Both the position numbers and the translations under genes were made by a program. DNA of 64,000 nt from Hypanus sabinus (lineage: Eukaryota): NCBI RefSeq assembly GCF_030144855.1, contig NC_082734.1, forward strand, positions 5,766,001-5,830,000, given 5' to 3'. Within the stretch, counting starts at the first letter, position 1. Every line of letters begins with the position of its first letter. Below are positions 29,042-42,102 of this stretch, in pieces. The notes under the pieces were generated by a model that worked only from the letters and a program-made list of their open reading frames with translations, made no database searches and had not been told where the DNA came from.

Positions 29042-31169
29042 CCAGCCTGAAACCATGTGTCCAGAGCCTTTGCGTCAGATTGGATCCTAAATGGTCCCAG
29101 TGCTAGTTACTGCAGATATGAATTGATAACCTCAGCCTTACCACTTTCATTATTGAAGCCCTTCACCATCAAGACCATTCCAGTTAATCTCTGTACTTTC
29201 TCCACGGCCTTGACCTCCTCTCTAAGTTGCAGTGTTCACAATTAAAAATACAACACTCCAGTTGAGCTCTAACCATATTTTGCATAGGCCACTGGATGAA
29301 TTCTAAACACTGCTACAACCATCCCAGATAAATGGAGCACAGGAACATTGAAAGCAAATTCACATTATAGTTCAATTAGAATTATATAACCAGGCCAGCA
29401 TTAAAAGATAATATTTGGCCTATCTATCACATTGCTACATAAACTAATCCAAATCCTTTGAATAATTAATTAATGGTGGAGATGGTAGGAATATACCTGG
29501 AGGCTGTTCTATATGGTTTTTACAGATTTTTCAGGATGTGTACATCAAAGGTAAGGCAGCATTTGTGCCCAATCCCTAATTACCCTGAGGAGAAGGCAGC
29601 GATATAACTTATTGACCTGCTTCAGGGTTTTTGGTGAAGTGTTTTCAAAATGCTAGGGAATTCAATGACTTAGACACAGTAAGCAACAATATACACTCAG
29701 TGTACATTTCTGTTTTCACAGACAATTGCTGCATATTTACTTCCTAGACAAAAACTGCCTAGGTAAGGGAGGTAGTTACCAATTTAATAGCATAAGCAGA
29801 TCATACAAGAACCTTGTGAATTTGTGTTCTCTTTGTGTGTAAATCCGAGCCAAATGAGAACAATTGCATTTTTTTTCCTCTTTAGAAGCCAGAGCAAGTC
29901 TGGGATAATGGTTTGCAGGCAAGGCAAGGTGCTCTGCAGGTTGAGAAGAAGTTTAATCAACATCTTCTGGAGTTATATAAGTTGTCCAAGGACAGAATTG
30001 ACCCTCATGTAAGTATTCAAAAAAAACAAAGACTTTACAATTTTTGAAAATCCAACATGCATGAGGAAGAAAATCTGTCAGTGAAAAGGAATTTAGATTT
30101 TCAACCAAAGTTAATTTTGCCACTATCTTTGACTGGGTTTTATAAAGGATTGTCAAGATTTCAAAATTCTTCAGATCTCTGGTCTGCAATTTTTGTTTTA
30201 AGTTCAGTCCATTTGCAACACAGGAGTACACACTAGACTAATACATTTACAGTGTTCTCAGATTTCATCTTAATGAGATTTTTGAATTCATTCCATTAGA
30301 TTTAGTAAATTGTTTCCTTTAAGTATGTAAATTGACCACTTAATGATGAGAGCAATAGAAAATTTGGTTATATTTCATTTAGAATTGGTATGTTCAAAGC
30401 TTTATTTATTATCAAAGTATACAACTCTGACATTCTTCAATTCTCCAGATAGCCATGAAACCAAGAAAGAAAAAGAAAAGAAAGGCAACACAATCATCAA
30501 TCCCCAGATCCACACAAAATCATCAAAAACAGAACACGCAAAAAAAACAATCAAAAACAACAGGAAAAAAAACAATCAAAAACAGAACAGGCACATTAAC
30601 GCATAAATCCCTCCACCCCTCGCTGCACAGAAAAACGAACAAAATGGATCAGGAACATCAAACTCCAAATTCCTCCAACTCCACAAAAAAAAACAAGCAA
30701 AACATATCAGGCACATTGACCCCCAAATCCCTCTCCACACACACAAAAAAAGCAAGAAGATTCAGTGAAAAAACAGAGAATTCAAAATCTGTAAGACTGA
30801 AATTAGAGTCAATAGTACAAAGCCAAAACACAGAAGATATCTGGACAATACTTTTTGGGCCTGGATGCAGCAGCAGGCTCTCCCCTCTGGTACAAAGCAA
30901 CCAATCAGAAGACAGGCAGTTGGCGCTCACCCTCTGCACTCACTTTGATGCCTCATTCACCCTTGATACTTAACTTGGCGAACAATGGAAGCTTTAATCA
31001 GAGAACTGGAGCCAAACTTTGGCTTGTGCTCTGCTCGTTACGAGTTCGCGCACGCTGTCTCTGCTTCCTGGAATCTTCTCAGAGACTGCAGAGCACTGGA
31101 ACACCCAAATGATCTCCAAACTTCTGCATGTGGCTTGATGTTTCAATCGTCCTTGTCGCTTTAATCATG

Positions 31170-31985
31170 GTGTGAGCAGAATCATCTGCAGCTTAATGTG
31201 AAAAAGACTAAGGAGCTGGTGGTGGACCTGAGGAGGGCCAAGGCACCGGTGACCCCTGTTTCCATCTAAGGAGTCAGTGTGGACATAGTGGAGGATTACA
31301 AATACCTGGGGATACGAATAGACAATAAACTGGACTGGTCAGAGAACACTAAGGCTGTCTACAAGAAGGGTCAGAGCTGTCTCTATTTCCTGAGGAGACT
31401 TTGAGGCCCTTTAACATCTGCTGGACAATGCTTGGGATGTTCTACGAGGCTGTGGTGGCCAGTGCTATCATGTTTGCTGTCGTGTGCTGGGGCAGCAGGC
31501 TGAGGGTAGCAGACACCAATAGAATCAAACTCATTCGTAAGGCCAGTGATGTTGTGGGTGTGGAACTGGACTCTCTGATGGTGGTGTCTGAAAAGAGGAT
31601 GCTATCCAAATTGCATGCCATCTTGGACAATAACTCCCATCAACTCCATAATGTACTGGTTAGGCACAGGAGGACATTCAGCCAGAGACTCATTCCACCG
31701 AGATGTAACACTGAGCGTCATAGGAAGTCATTCCTGCCTGTGTCCATCAAACATAACAACTCCTCCCTCAGAGTGTCAGACACCCTGAGGCTGTCTGAGT
31801 GTCAGACACCCTGAGGCTGGTCCCGGACTTATTTCCACTTGGCATAATTAACTTATTTTAATTTAATTTAATTATTGTTTATATTTGTTTTATATTGCTA
31901 TATTTCTTCACTATTCTTGGTTGGTGCGGCTGTAACGAAACCCAATTTCTCTCGGGATCAATAAAGTATGTCTGTCTGTCTGTCT
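31170..31985 (+). mobile_element. Rex1/Babar-like LINE 3' fragment, different subfamily
   Basis: MFYEAVVASAIMFAVVCWGS...PRCNTERHRKSFLP; AATAAAG(TATG/TCTG)n tail. Confidence 0.8.
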
Positions 31986-32199
31986 ATATCTGAAGAGTGG
32001 AAGCTATAATCGGCAAAATGTGGTCAGAAGCGCGTGCCATCCTGCATCTTTCTCACCATAAGGTTTGCTTACGCTGCATCTGCCTACTGAAATCTTGGAG
32101 ACTGCAGAGTGCAGAGGCACCCGAGCAATCTCCAGGCAGCAAAACACAGTTCCAGAATCACATTCAATTTTAGAAACAAACTTAAGAGACATAATAGAA

Positions 32200-32765
32200 G
32201 TGAAAAAATTTGGTTTTGTGATCTATCCAGAAGCTGTCAACCAAAGAAGCCACATTTGGTATGTCACCAAAGACTCATATATTTCTACAGATGTACCAAA
32301 GAGTCCATTCTAACTGATTGCATCATTGTCTGGTATCTAGGGGTCACTGCACAGGACTGGAAGAAGTGACAGACTCAGTCAGCTCCATCATGTGCACTAG
32401 CCTCCCCTGCCTCAAGGACACCTTCAAAAGGCAATGCCTCAAAAAGGTGGCATCCATCATTAAGGATCCCCATCATGCAGGACATGTCCTCGTCTATTTG
32501 CTACCATCAAGGACGTGTAAGCACTAACAATATTGGGAACGGCTACTTCCCTCTGCCATCAGATTTCTGTATGGACAATGAATCTATGTACACTATCTCA
32601 CTATTTTTTTCTCTTTTTGTGTTCTCTTTTTCTACTACTTATTTAATTTATAATATATATTTTATTGTAATTTATCACTTTTTTATTATTATGTATTACT
32701 CCTGCCGCAAAACAACAAATTTCATGACATATACCGGCGATATTAAACCTGAATCTGATTCTGAT
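32200..32765 (+). mobile_element. Rex1/Babar-like 3' fragment; similar pieces at 18215-18480, 27330-27630, 58100-58700 and 59270-59980
   Basis: FYRCTKESILTDCIIVWY and [14 protein letters not shown] motifs; GATTCT tail. Confidence 0.7.
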
Positions 32766-34464
32766 GTACCCATCTTATGAGGTAACACAATTCACTTCCC
32801 ATTTGTGGCTTCATTGGTTTAGCAATGACACTCTGAAATAATGTGGTTTTCACAATGTTATTTCATTGATGGGTACAGGAGATTATGTCGCTTGGTTGAG
32901 TAGGCCATAAGTCAGGGGTTTCCATCCTTTATCATATCATAGACCCCCACCATTGACTGAGGGGTCCCTGAACCCTGGGTTGGGAACCCCTGCTATAAGC
33001 AGAATGAGCCTATATTCTCAGGAAGTTAGAATATGGACAATTTACTTGAAATATGCAAAATTAGCAGATGATTTGGTAGGATGAAATGAGATCTTTAAAA
33101 CCTTCTTCTTAAGCCCATCACTCCTATTTGAGCATAAGTGGCTGACATCAGCTCACCAGAGTCCTCTGTCCTAGGTTAGTCTTTCAAGTAGTCCCCAGGT
33201 ATATCATATTTCTTCTAGGCAAATACCCTTCCTTCCTAGGGATGGGGTCTTTGGAGTTTCTGTTGGCATTTCTATAGCACTGGTTTTTTACAAGAAGCTC
33301 AACCCTCCTCCTACTGAGCTTGGGATTGTCCATGGTGGAGTTTTTTTTTTCTCTCTTACTAGATGTTTAGAATTAAGATGAGAAGGAATTTATTCACTTT
33401 GAGTTTTACTGTTATTTGGAAATTTAAACCCCAGAACATAGAACATAGATCAGAACAGCACACGAAAAGGCCATTTGGTCCACAATGTTCTGCCGAACCA
33501 GCTAAAGAGCAAATCAAAAACACTCAAACATTAATCCCTCCTGTAAATATTTGTCAAAGGAGTAAACCTGGTTTGGAGAAATACAGGTTATTGATCAGTA
33601 AAAGGAATAAAGGGAAATGTGTTCAACGTTAGAAAGCGGAGTTGACTTTAAAGATCATTCACAATCTTGGTGAATGATAAAATTGCCTGGAGTGTAAGTG
33701 GTTTATGCCTGATAATTGGCTTCTATGCTTATTCATACTAAACAGCTTTCAATTTCATTTTCTTACAGTTGTGTGAGTTTCTGGATACTCAGTACTTTGA
33801 AAAACAAGTCAAGACTATGCTAAATATCAAAGGTAACAGCAGAACAATTCTATAGTTACAATGTATCTACAATGCTTCCTCTGAATTACATATATTTGTC
33901 ACACACCTTCTTTGCACCCACACTGCAGACACCCAAAGTGAATGTTAATTTTGCAATCAATTAACATTCTGGTTTGCAATCAATTCCAGTGAACACAGCC
34001 CCAGGAAAACAATTGTTCAGGGCTGCATTTTAAATTCAACCTAACATCCACATTCATGTCTGAAGATTGGTTGCTGGTGAATATTTGCTAACTCCAGAAT
34101 ATGCCCTAACAGGGTCCACATTACAAACTTGCATCATCTTGGTGCTCCCTGGAATGAAACAGCTGAATACCTATTCAACAAGCACACATCGGGAAGTATA
34201 GTTAATAGATCAGGACCTCATTTATTCAACAATATCTTTTCATTCTGTACCAGCCAGATCATCCCATGCTGAATAAATATTCAAATTGTTCACATCTGTC
34301 AGTAAACTTCATATATTCTGCATTAAGGATGAAAGGTGAAATATTCAAGGGGAAATTTCTTCATTCAGAGGATGGTGGGAGCATGGAACAAGCTGCCAGT
34401 GGATTCTATTTCAGCATTTAAGAGGAATTTAGCTCATTACGTAAGTGAGAAGTTTAGGATGGTG

Positions 34465-34790
34465 GTGAATGTTGGTAGCTCAGTTTGAGGTGTTGTAGTG
34501 TTCACCGAGCTCGGCAATTAGCTTGCAGATTCTGCATCACCAGTTGAGTGACATCCTCAGTGCGCAGTTGTTGGTGTTTCTCTCTGGTGCTCGCGTTTAT
34601 ATAATCCCCCCCCCCCATTCCCTTGCTTCGGTCCTGATTGGCTACCCTTTCAGTTGATCTTTGAGATCTGTTGGCTTGTGTTTCTTTGGCTCTTAGGGGT
34701 TCAAAGATGGCATCTATTTCAATATGTTTGTTTATGGAGTTATCAGAAGAGAACCACCCTTCTAAAAATTCTTGTGCGTGCCTCATAAAT
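34465..34790 (-). mobile_element. Penelope-like element 3' end, second family
   Basis: HAQEFLEGWFSSDNSINKHIEI resembles the PLE endonuclease C-terminus, followed by a CTGAGGATGTCAC...GTGAT hammerhead-like remnant. Confidence 0.65.
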
Positions 34791-35954
34791 GGGATCCAGT
34801 TACCGGTTGTTGGGACTAAGCAAAATAGTAGTATGAACTAGATGGGCCAAAGGGCCTATTTCTCTGCTGTAGAGCTCTATGACACTAATTTGTCACTGAT
34901 TAATGCTTTCATTTACTAATTATTACTATTTAACCACAAGACTGAAGAAAAATCATGGAATCTAACCGAACCAATAGGTGAGCTCAGAACATCATTACAA
35001 GATATGTTGCCCAAGACTAGGCATCAAAAAAAGTCCTTAGCTCTTGTTGTGCTATTCAAACAGTTATAATTGAAGGAATATAAACCAGAAGTTGGTGGGG
35101 GAGGAGGTGGTTATGAGGTAAAAAGTTGGGAGGTGATAGGTGGAAAAGGTGAAGACCTGAAGGAGAAAGAATTTGATAGGAGAGGAGAGTGGATCATGGG
35201 AGAAAGGGAAGGTGGAGGGGCCCCAGAGGGAAGTGATAGACAGGCGAGAAGAGAAAAGGTATGTTGGGAGCAGAGTGGGAAATGAAAGAAGAGGGAATTA
35301 GAAGGGGAGAAACTACTGGTAGTTAGAGAAATTGATGTTGATACCATCAGGTTGGTGGCTTCCTGGACGGTATATGAAGTGTTGCTCCTCCAGCCTGAGT
35401 GTGGTTTCACTGTGGCAGTAGAGGGGGCCATAGACCAATAAGTTGGAATGAGTAGTCACTATTTAGTTTCTTCCAATGCAATAATTTCTTGTATGGAAAT
35501 GTAATGATTCTTATCTAATAATTAAAGATGGGGAATAATTTGGAAACTACATTTTGCTTGAATTCAGCTCATCTCAAACTAGCTGCAAAATGTAAATATG
35601 TTGGATTTCTACAGTGGAATGTCAAGACTGCTTTACCCATGAAGCTTAAAGTTTGAAGAAAGCAGAGGTGTTTTGTAAATTAAAATCATTTAGAGTATAT
35701 TTATATACAGAGCCCAACCATTCCATTCCCATGTGCAATCTGTCCTGTTGGAAAATAGTGCCTTGTATGATAAGCAAAATAAAGCTGTCGCTTAGCCCAC
35801 AGACATGAAATTGAATTTGAAAATAAGCATTCACTAAAACCTACATCAAATACTTGATTGAACAGTTTTATATTACAGTTGTTTTGTACTGATTGCATGA
35901 TAAACAAATTGAGAATTTTAAAATTCTGTCATGAGGTTTCAACTTCAAGTCCTT

Positions 35955-36073
35955 CTATTCATTCTCTTCCCAGGAGAGCTTGTCAAACAGATTCTCTCCC
36001 AGGCCATTCCTGGGGCTCCCAGTCTCTTCAGATTAATGATGTGATCTTCAGGATTCTAGATTATCTTCACTTG
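35955..36073 (-). pseudogene. Ferritin pseudogene remnant FerD (3' part of exon 4)
   Basis: Minus strand reads QVKII*NPEDHIINLKRLGAP, then after a frameshift NGLGENLFDKLS. The adjacent 3' UTR (aggtttcaacttcaagtcc on +) resembles those of FerE and FerF. Confidence 0.85.
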
Positions 36074-36799
36074 AAGTCAAATCAAGTTTATTGTTATTTA
36101 ACAATGTACATGTGTACGATTAAATGAGATTACATTTCTCCGAACCAGAGTGTAAAGCATACATAAACACAAACTAACTTAGGAAAATAAGGATAAAAAT
36201 CTTCAAATGAATTAAGTATAAAGTGAAGATGTAAATACTTAAATAATTAAATATTATAAGGTACAGAACAGTGTAGCTGGTCAAATGTGATGAGGCAGGA
36301 TGTTCAGAGGACCTGGCAAAACAACCCACATATTCTACGGGGAGGACGTATAGAGGGCGCTGGGATGGAGCTCAGAGCTCTGATAGCCAGTACTGTAATA
36401 GCATAGTGCTAACCTCTATGTGACTGTAGTACCCAGGAAGTAACATAGTTGGAGGGAGGGAGGAAATGAAGTTAATTTCATGGAGGACATATCCTATATC
36501 CAAGGAAGACCAATGCCCATCCCCTGAAATTTGGATGGGAGCATCATAACATGATAGAAGCAACCCACAAGGAAACCCAACTTCACAAACATTCCTCACG
36601 TAACTCCTGTGGCTCTTGTGTTTAACCCTTCCCACAAGCTTTCCAAATTGACCATCATTCCATGAGGTAGGAACGCAAATAGTTGAGAAAAGCTCCGGTT
36701 AATTACAGGAATAGTTTTTGATGTTGGAATTTTCTAACCATTTTTGAGCTTTACTTTGGAAGATAGTGCCAAGGAATTACTTGTAATGTGCAATAGTCT

Positions 36800-38392
36800 T
36801 AGAAACATAAAAAAACCTACAGCACACATACAGGCCCTTCGGCCCACAAAGCTGTGCCAACCATGTCCTTAGCTTAGAAATTACCTAGTGTTACCCATAG
36901 CCCTCTATTTTTCTGAGCATGTGCTTGTCCAGGAATCTCTTAAAAGACCCTATCGTAACCTCCTCCACCACCATTGCTGGAAGCCTATTCCAGACATTCA
37001 CCACTCTGTACTTTAAAAACTTACCCCTGACATCTCCTCTGTGCCTACTTCCAAGCACCTTAAAACTGTGCCCTCTCATGTTAGACATTTCAGCCCTGGG
37101 GAAAAGTTTCTGACTATCTACACGATCAATGCCTCTCATTCTCCGTTGCTCCGAGGGAAAAATGTCTGAGTTTGCTCAACCTATTCTCATAAGGTCATAC
37201 TCCCCAATCCAGGCAACATCCTTGTAAATCTCCTCTGCACCCTTTCTATGGTTTCCACATCCTTCCTTTAATGAAGTGACCAGAACTGAGCACGGTACTC
37301 CAAGTGGGGTCTGAGCAGGGTCCTATAAGCTGCAACATTACCTCTCGGCTCCTAAACTCAATCCCACGATTGATGAAGGCCAATGTGCCGTATGCCTTCT
37401 TAACCACTGAGTCAACCTGCACAGCAGCTTTGAGTGTCCTATGGACTCTGATCCTCCACACTGCCAAGAGTCTTACCATTAATACTATATTCTGTCATCA
37501 TATTTGACCTGTCAAAATGAACCAGCTCTTGTGAGATGAACCACTTGATGTCTTGTAATATCATAGACCAGTACAAGCCCTTTGGCCCACAATGTTGCGC
37601 CGACCTTTTAACCAACTCTTATGTTCAAGTGAATTCTTTTCTCTCACCTAGCCCTCTATTTTCTTTCATCCAAGTACCTGCCTAAGAGTCTCTTAAACAT
37701 CTTTTATGTAGCTACCTCTATCACCACCCCCAGTAGTGTATTCAATGTGCTTGCTTCCCTGTAAAAAACTACCTCTGGTCCTCCTCACATTTTCCTCTAA
37801 TAATCTTGGAATACGTCATCATGTATATGTCACCATGTATGTATACGTGGGTGGGGGGGGGGGGGGCGCGAAATATTGGCTATCAACTATCGATGCCTCT
37901 TATGCACCACTATCAATTCTCTTCTTATCCTCCTTCATTCCAAAGGGAAAAGCCCTACTAAACCTTTTCTCAAAGGATGCGCTTTACATCCATGCATGAT
38001 CCTAGTAAATCACCTCCACACCCTCTCCAAAGCTTCTCTATTCTCTCCGTCCTTCCTATAATGGAGGTGACCAAAACTAAACACAATATTCCAAGTGTGG
38101 TGTACAGAGTTTTATAGAGCTGCAACATTACCTCATAGATCTTGAATTCAATCCCTGATGAACAAAGGCAAACACATCATACACCTTAACCACCCTGTCA
38201 ATTTTTGTGGCAACTTTGATGAATCTATGGACTTAGACACCAGGATCCCCCTCTTTCTCCAAACTAAGAATTCCCCCCATTAACTTTGCACCCTATAATC
38301 AAATTCAACCTTCCAAGTGTATCACTTCACACTTTTCTGGATAGAACTCCATCCGCTGTTTGTCAGCCTAGCTATTCATCCTGTCAATGTCC
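36800..38392 (-). mobile_element. Two adjacent CR1 3' fragments (36800-37520 and older 37560-38392)
   Basis: VKKAYGTLAFINRGIEFRSREVMLQL and RGHSFKVLG...RVVNVWNRLP; the older copy continues at about 45671-45720. Confidence 0.78.
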
Positions 38393-41300
38393 CATAGAAA
38401 CATTGAAAATAGGTGCAGGAGTAGGCCATTCAGCCCTTTGAGTCTGCACCACCATTCAGTATGATCATGGCTGATCATCCAACTCAGAACCCTGTACCTG
38501 CTTTCTCTCCATACCCCCTGATCCCTTCAGCCACAAGGGCCATATCCAACTTCCTCTTAAATATAGCCAATGAACCGGCCTCAACTGTTTCCTGTGGCAG
38601 AGAATTCCACAGAATCACCACTGTCTGTGTGAAGGTTTTTCCTCATCTCCGTCCTAAAAGGCTTCCCCTTTATTCTTAAACTGTGACCCCTCGTACTGGA
38701 CTTCCCCAACATCGGGAACAATCTTCCTGCATCTAGCCTGTCCAATCCCTTTAGAATTTTATACGTTTCAGTAAGATCTCCCCTCAATCTTCTAAATTCC
38801 AGTGAGTATAAGCCTAGTCGATCTAGTCTTTCTTCATATGAAAGTCCTGCCATCCCAGGAATCAATCTAGTGAACCTTCTCTGTACACCCTCTATAGCAG
38901 GAATGTCTTTCCTCAGATTAGGGGACCAAAACTGCACACAGTACTCTAGGTGCGGTCTCACCAAGGCCTTGTACAACTGCAGTAGAACCTCCCTGCTCCT
39001 GTTCTCAAATCCTTTTGCTATGAATGCCAACATGCCATTTGCTTTTTTCACTGCCTGCTGTACCTGCATGCCCACCTTCAATGACTGGTGTACAATGACA
39101 TCCAGGTCTCGTTGCTCCTCCCTTTTTCCTAATCAGCCACGATTCAGATAATAATTTGTTTTCCTGTTCTTGCAACCAAAGTGGATAACCTCACATTTAT
39201 CCACATTAAATTGCATCTGCTATGAATTTGTCCACTCACCTAACCTATCCAAGTCACCCTGCATTCTCTTAGCATCCTCCTCACAGCTAACACCGCCGCC
39301 CAGCTTCATGTCATCCGCAAACTTGGAGATGCTGCATTTAATTCCCTCGTCTAAATCATTAATATATATTATAATGATACCGCCTTGCGATACCCCACTA
39401 GTCACTGCCTGCCATTCTGAAAAGGTCCCATTTACTCCTACTCTTTGCTTCCTGTCTGCCAACCAACTCTCTATCCACATCAATACTATACCCCCAATAC
39501 CATGTGCTTTAAGTTTGTACACTAATCTCCTTTGTGGGACCTTGTCAAAAGCTTTTTGAAAATCTAAATATACCACATCCACTGGCTTTCCCCTATCCAC
39601 TCTACTAGTTACATCTTCAAAAAATTCTATAAGATTCGTCAGACATGATTTTCCTTTCACAAATCCATGCTGACTTTGTCTGATGATTTCACTGCTTTCC
39701 AAATGAGCTATTATCACATCTTTGATAACAGATTCTAGCATTTTCCCCACCACCGATGTCAGACTAACTGGTCTATAATTCCCCAGTTTTTCTCTCTTTC
39801 CTTTTTTAAAAAGTGGGATTACATTAGCCACCCTCCAATCTTCAGGAACTAATCCAGAATCTAAGGAGTTTTGAAAAATTATCACTAATGCAACCACTAT
39901 TCCTTAAGCACTCTGGGATGCAGACCATCTGGCCCTGGGGATTTATCTGCCTTTAATCCCTTCAATTTACCTAACACCACTTCCCTACTAACATGTATTT
40001 CCCTCAGTTCCTCCATCTCACTAGACCTTTGGTCCCCTACTATTTCCAGAAGATTATTTATGTCCTCCTTAGTGAAGATAGAACCAAAGTATTTATTCAA
40101 TTGGTCTGCCATGTCTTTGTTCCCTATGATCAATTCACCTGTTTCTGATTGTAAGGGACCTAAATTTGTCTTGACCAATCTTTTTCTTTTCACATATCTA
40201 TAAAAGCTTTTACAGTCAGTTTTTATGTTCCCTGCCAGCTTTCTCTCATAATCTTTTTTCCCTTTCCTAATTAAGCCCTTTGTCCTCTGCTGGACTCTGA
40301 ATTTCTCCCAGTCCTCAGGTGTGCCGCTTTTTCTGGCTAATTTATATGTTTCTTCTTTGGACTTGATACTATCCCTAATTTCCTTTGTCAGCCACAGGTG
40401 CACTACCTTCCCTGGTTTAATCTTTTGCCAAACTGGGATGAACAATTGTAGTTCATCCATGTGATCTTTAAATGCTTGCCATTGCATATCCACTGTCAAC
40501 TCTTTAAGTATCATTTGCCCATCTATCTTAGCTAATTCATGTCTCATACCTTCAAAGTTACCCTTCTTTAAGTTCAGAACCTTTGTTCCTGAATTAACTA
40601 TGTCACTCTCCATCTTAATGAAGAATTCCACCATATTATGGTCACTCTTGCCCAAGGGGCCTTGCACGACAAGATTGCTAACTAACCCTTCCTCATTGCT
40701 CAATACCCAATCTAGAGTGGCCTGCTCTCTAGTTGGTTCCTCCACATGTTTGTTCAGAAAACCATCCCGCATACATTCCAAGAAATCCTCTTCCTCATCA
40801 CCCTTACCAATTTGGTTCACCCAATCTATATGTAGATTGAAGTCACCCATTATAACTACTGTTCCTTTATTGCACACATTTCTAATTTCCTGTTTAATGC
40901 CATTCCCAACCTCACTACTACTGTTAGGTGGCCAGCGTTTTCTGCCCCTTGTGTTATGCAGCTCTACCCATTTCGATTCCACATCCTCCAGGCTAATGTC
41001 CTTCCTTTCTATTGCGTTAATCTCCTCTCTAACCAGCAATGCTACCCAACTCCTTTTCTTTCCTGTCTATCCCTCCTGAATATTGAATATCCCTGGATGT
41101 TGAGCTCCCATCCTTGGTCACCCTGGAACCATGTCTCTGTGATCCCAAATATATCATATTCTGTGGCGGCTCATTTCCTAGCGTATGCGAACCGACTCAC
41201 AATTAGATAGCCTACGGGGGTTTGCGAGCACAGAGCTTTGGAGCCTCTTCGCCATGGGGGGCCGGTTGACAGAGGCTTAAAAGTGAGGCTGAAGTTTTCG

Positions 41301-41415
41301 AATAAAGTTTTTCCTTCGACTGCAGTTACCGACTCTGTGTCGTAATTTTAGCGCTGCTTGTAGCACACCGCTACAATTGGTGACCCCGACGGTCCAAACG
41401 ATTTTTGGACCAGAA

Positions 41416-42102
41416 ATGACCGACGCCGCCTCTGTTCATGCGGTTTCGTTGACACTGCCGGGTTTCTGGACACAGCGCCCGGACCTATGGTTCCAGCAAG
41501 CCGAAGCCCAATTCCACGTTCGCCAGATCACCTCAGAAGACACCCGCTACTACTACGTGGTGGGCTCCCTCGACCAGGACACAGCTGCCCAGGTCGCGGA
41601 GTTCGTACAGTCGCCCCCGGCAGACGGCAAGTACACGGAATTCAAAGCCCTGCTCCTCAGGACTTTCGGACTCTCACGGCGCGAGCGGGCTGCCCGTTTA
41701 CTGCACCTGGATGGCTTGGGCGACAGACCTCCATCGGCTTTAATGAACGAGATGTTGTCTCTGGCCGAGGGACACACAGGCCTCATGTTTGAGCAGGCAT
41801 TCCTGGAGCAGCTGCCCGAGGACATACGCCTGCTGCTGTCCGACGCGGATTTCAGTGACCCCCGGAAGGTGGCAGCCCGGGCGGACTTGCTGTGGAACGC
41901 CAAAAAGGTGAGCGGGGCATCCATCACACAGATCTCCCAGCCACGCTCCCAGCAGCAAACCAGTCCAGGCCCGGCCGCAGAGCCCACTAACCCCCGGCCC
42001 AATGAACACTGGTGCTTCTACCACCAGCGGTGGGGCGCAGAAGCCCGCCGTTGTCGCCCGCCCTGCAAGTTCCCGGGAAACGCCAGGGCCAGCCGCCGCT
42101 GA
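41416..42102 (+). CDS. gag: Gypsy gag-like protein
   Basis: First ATG at 41416; N-terminal LPGFW...WFQQAEAQF motif and C-terminal Cys/His knuckle-like [19 protein letters not shown]; lies directly after the PBS. Confidence 0.88.
   Translation: MTDAASVHAVSLTLPGFWTQRPDLWFQQAEAQFHVRQITSEDTRYYYVVGSLDQDTAAQVAEFVQSPPADGKYTEFKALLLRTFGLSRRERAARLLHLDGLGDRPPSALMNEMLSLAEGHTGLMFEQAFLEQLPEDIRLLLSDADFSDPRKVAARADLLWNAKKVSGASITQISQPRSQQQTSPGPAAEPTNPRPNEHWCFYHQRWGAEARRCRPPCKFPGNARASRR

Larger units (their letters stand above)
29886..34205 (+). pseudogene. Ferritin pseudogene FerC (exon 3 and a split exon 4)
   Basis: Exon 3 at 29886-30008 (tttag|KPEQVWDNGLQARQGALQVEKKFNQHLLELYKLSKDRIDPH|gtaagt). Exon 4 5' part from 33769 (LCEFLDTQYFEKQVKT), then about 290 bp of unrelated sequence, then 3' part from about 34114 (VHITNLHHLGAPWNETAEYLFNKHTSG). 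AATAAA at 34272. Exons 1-2 not found. Confidence 0.85.

Noticed and set aside
29460-29560. Possible degenerate exon 2 of FerC (CAGGATGTG...AAAGGTAAG)
   Set aside because: No convincing ferritin peptide in any frame by eye.
30343-30973. 172-aa K/N/Q/T-rich ORF and overlapping ORFs
   Set aside because: A-rich low-complexity, internally duplicated repeat sequence inside the FerC intron; no recognisable domain.
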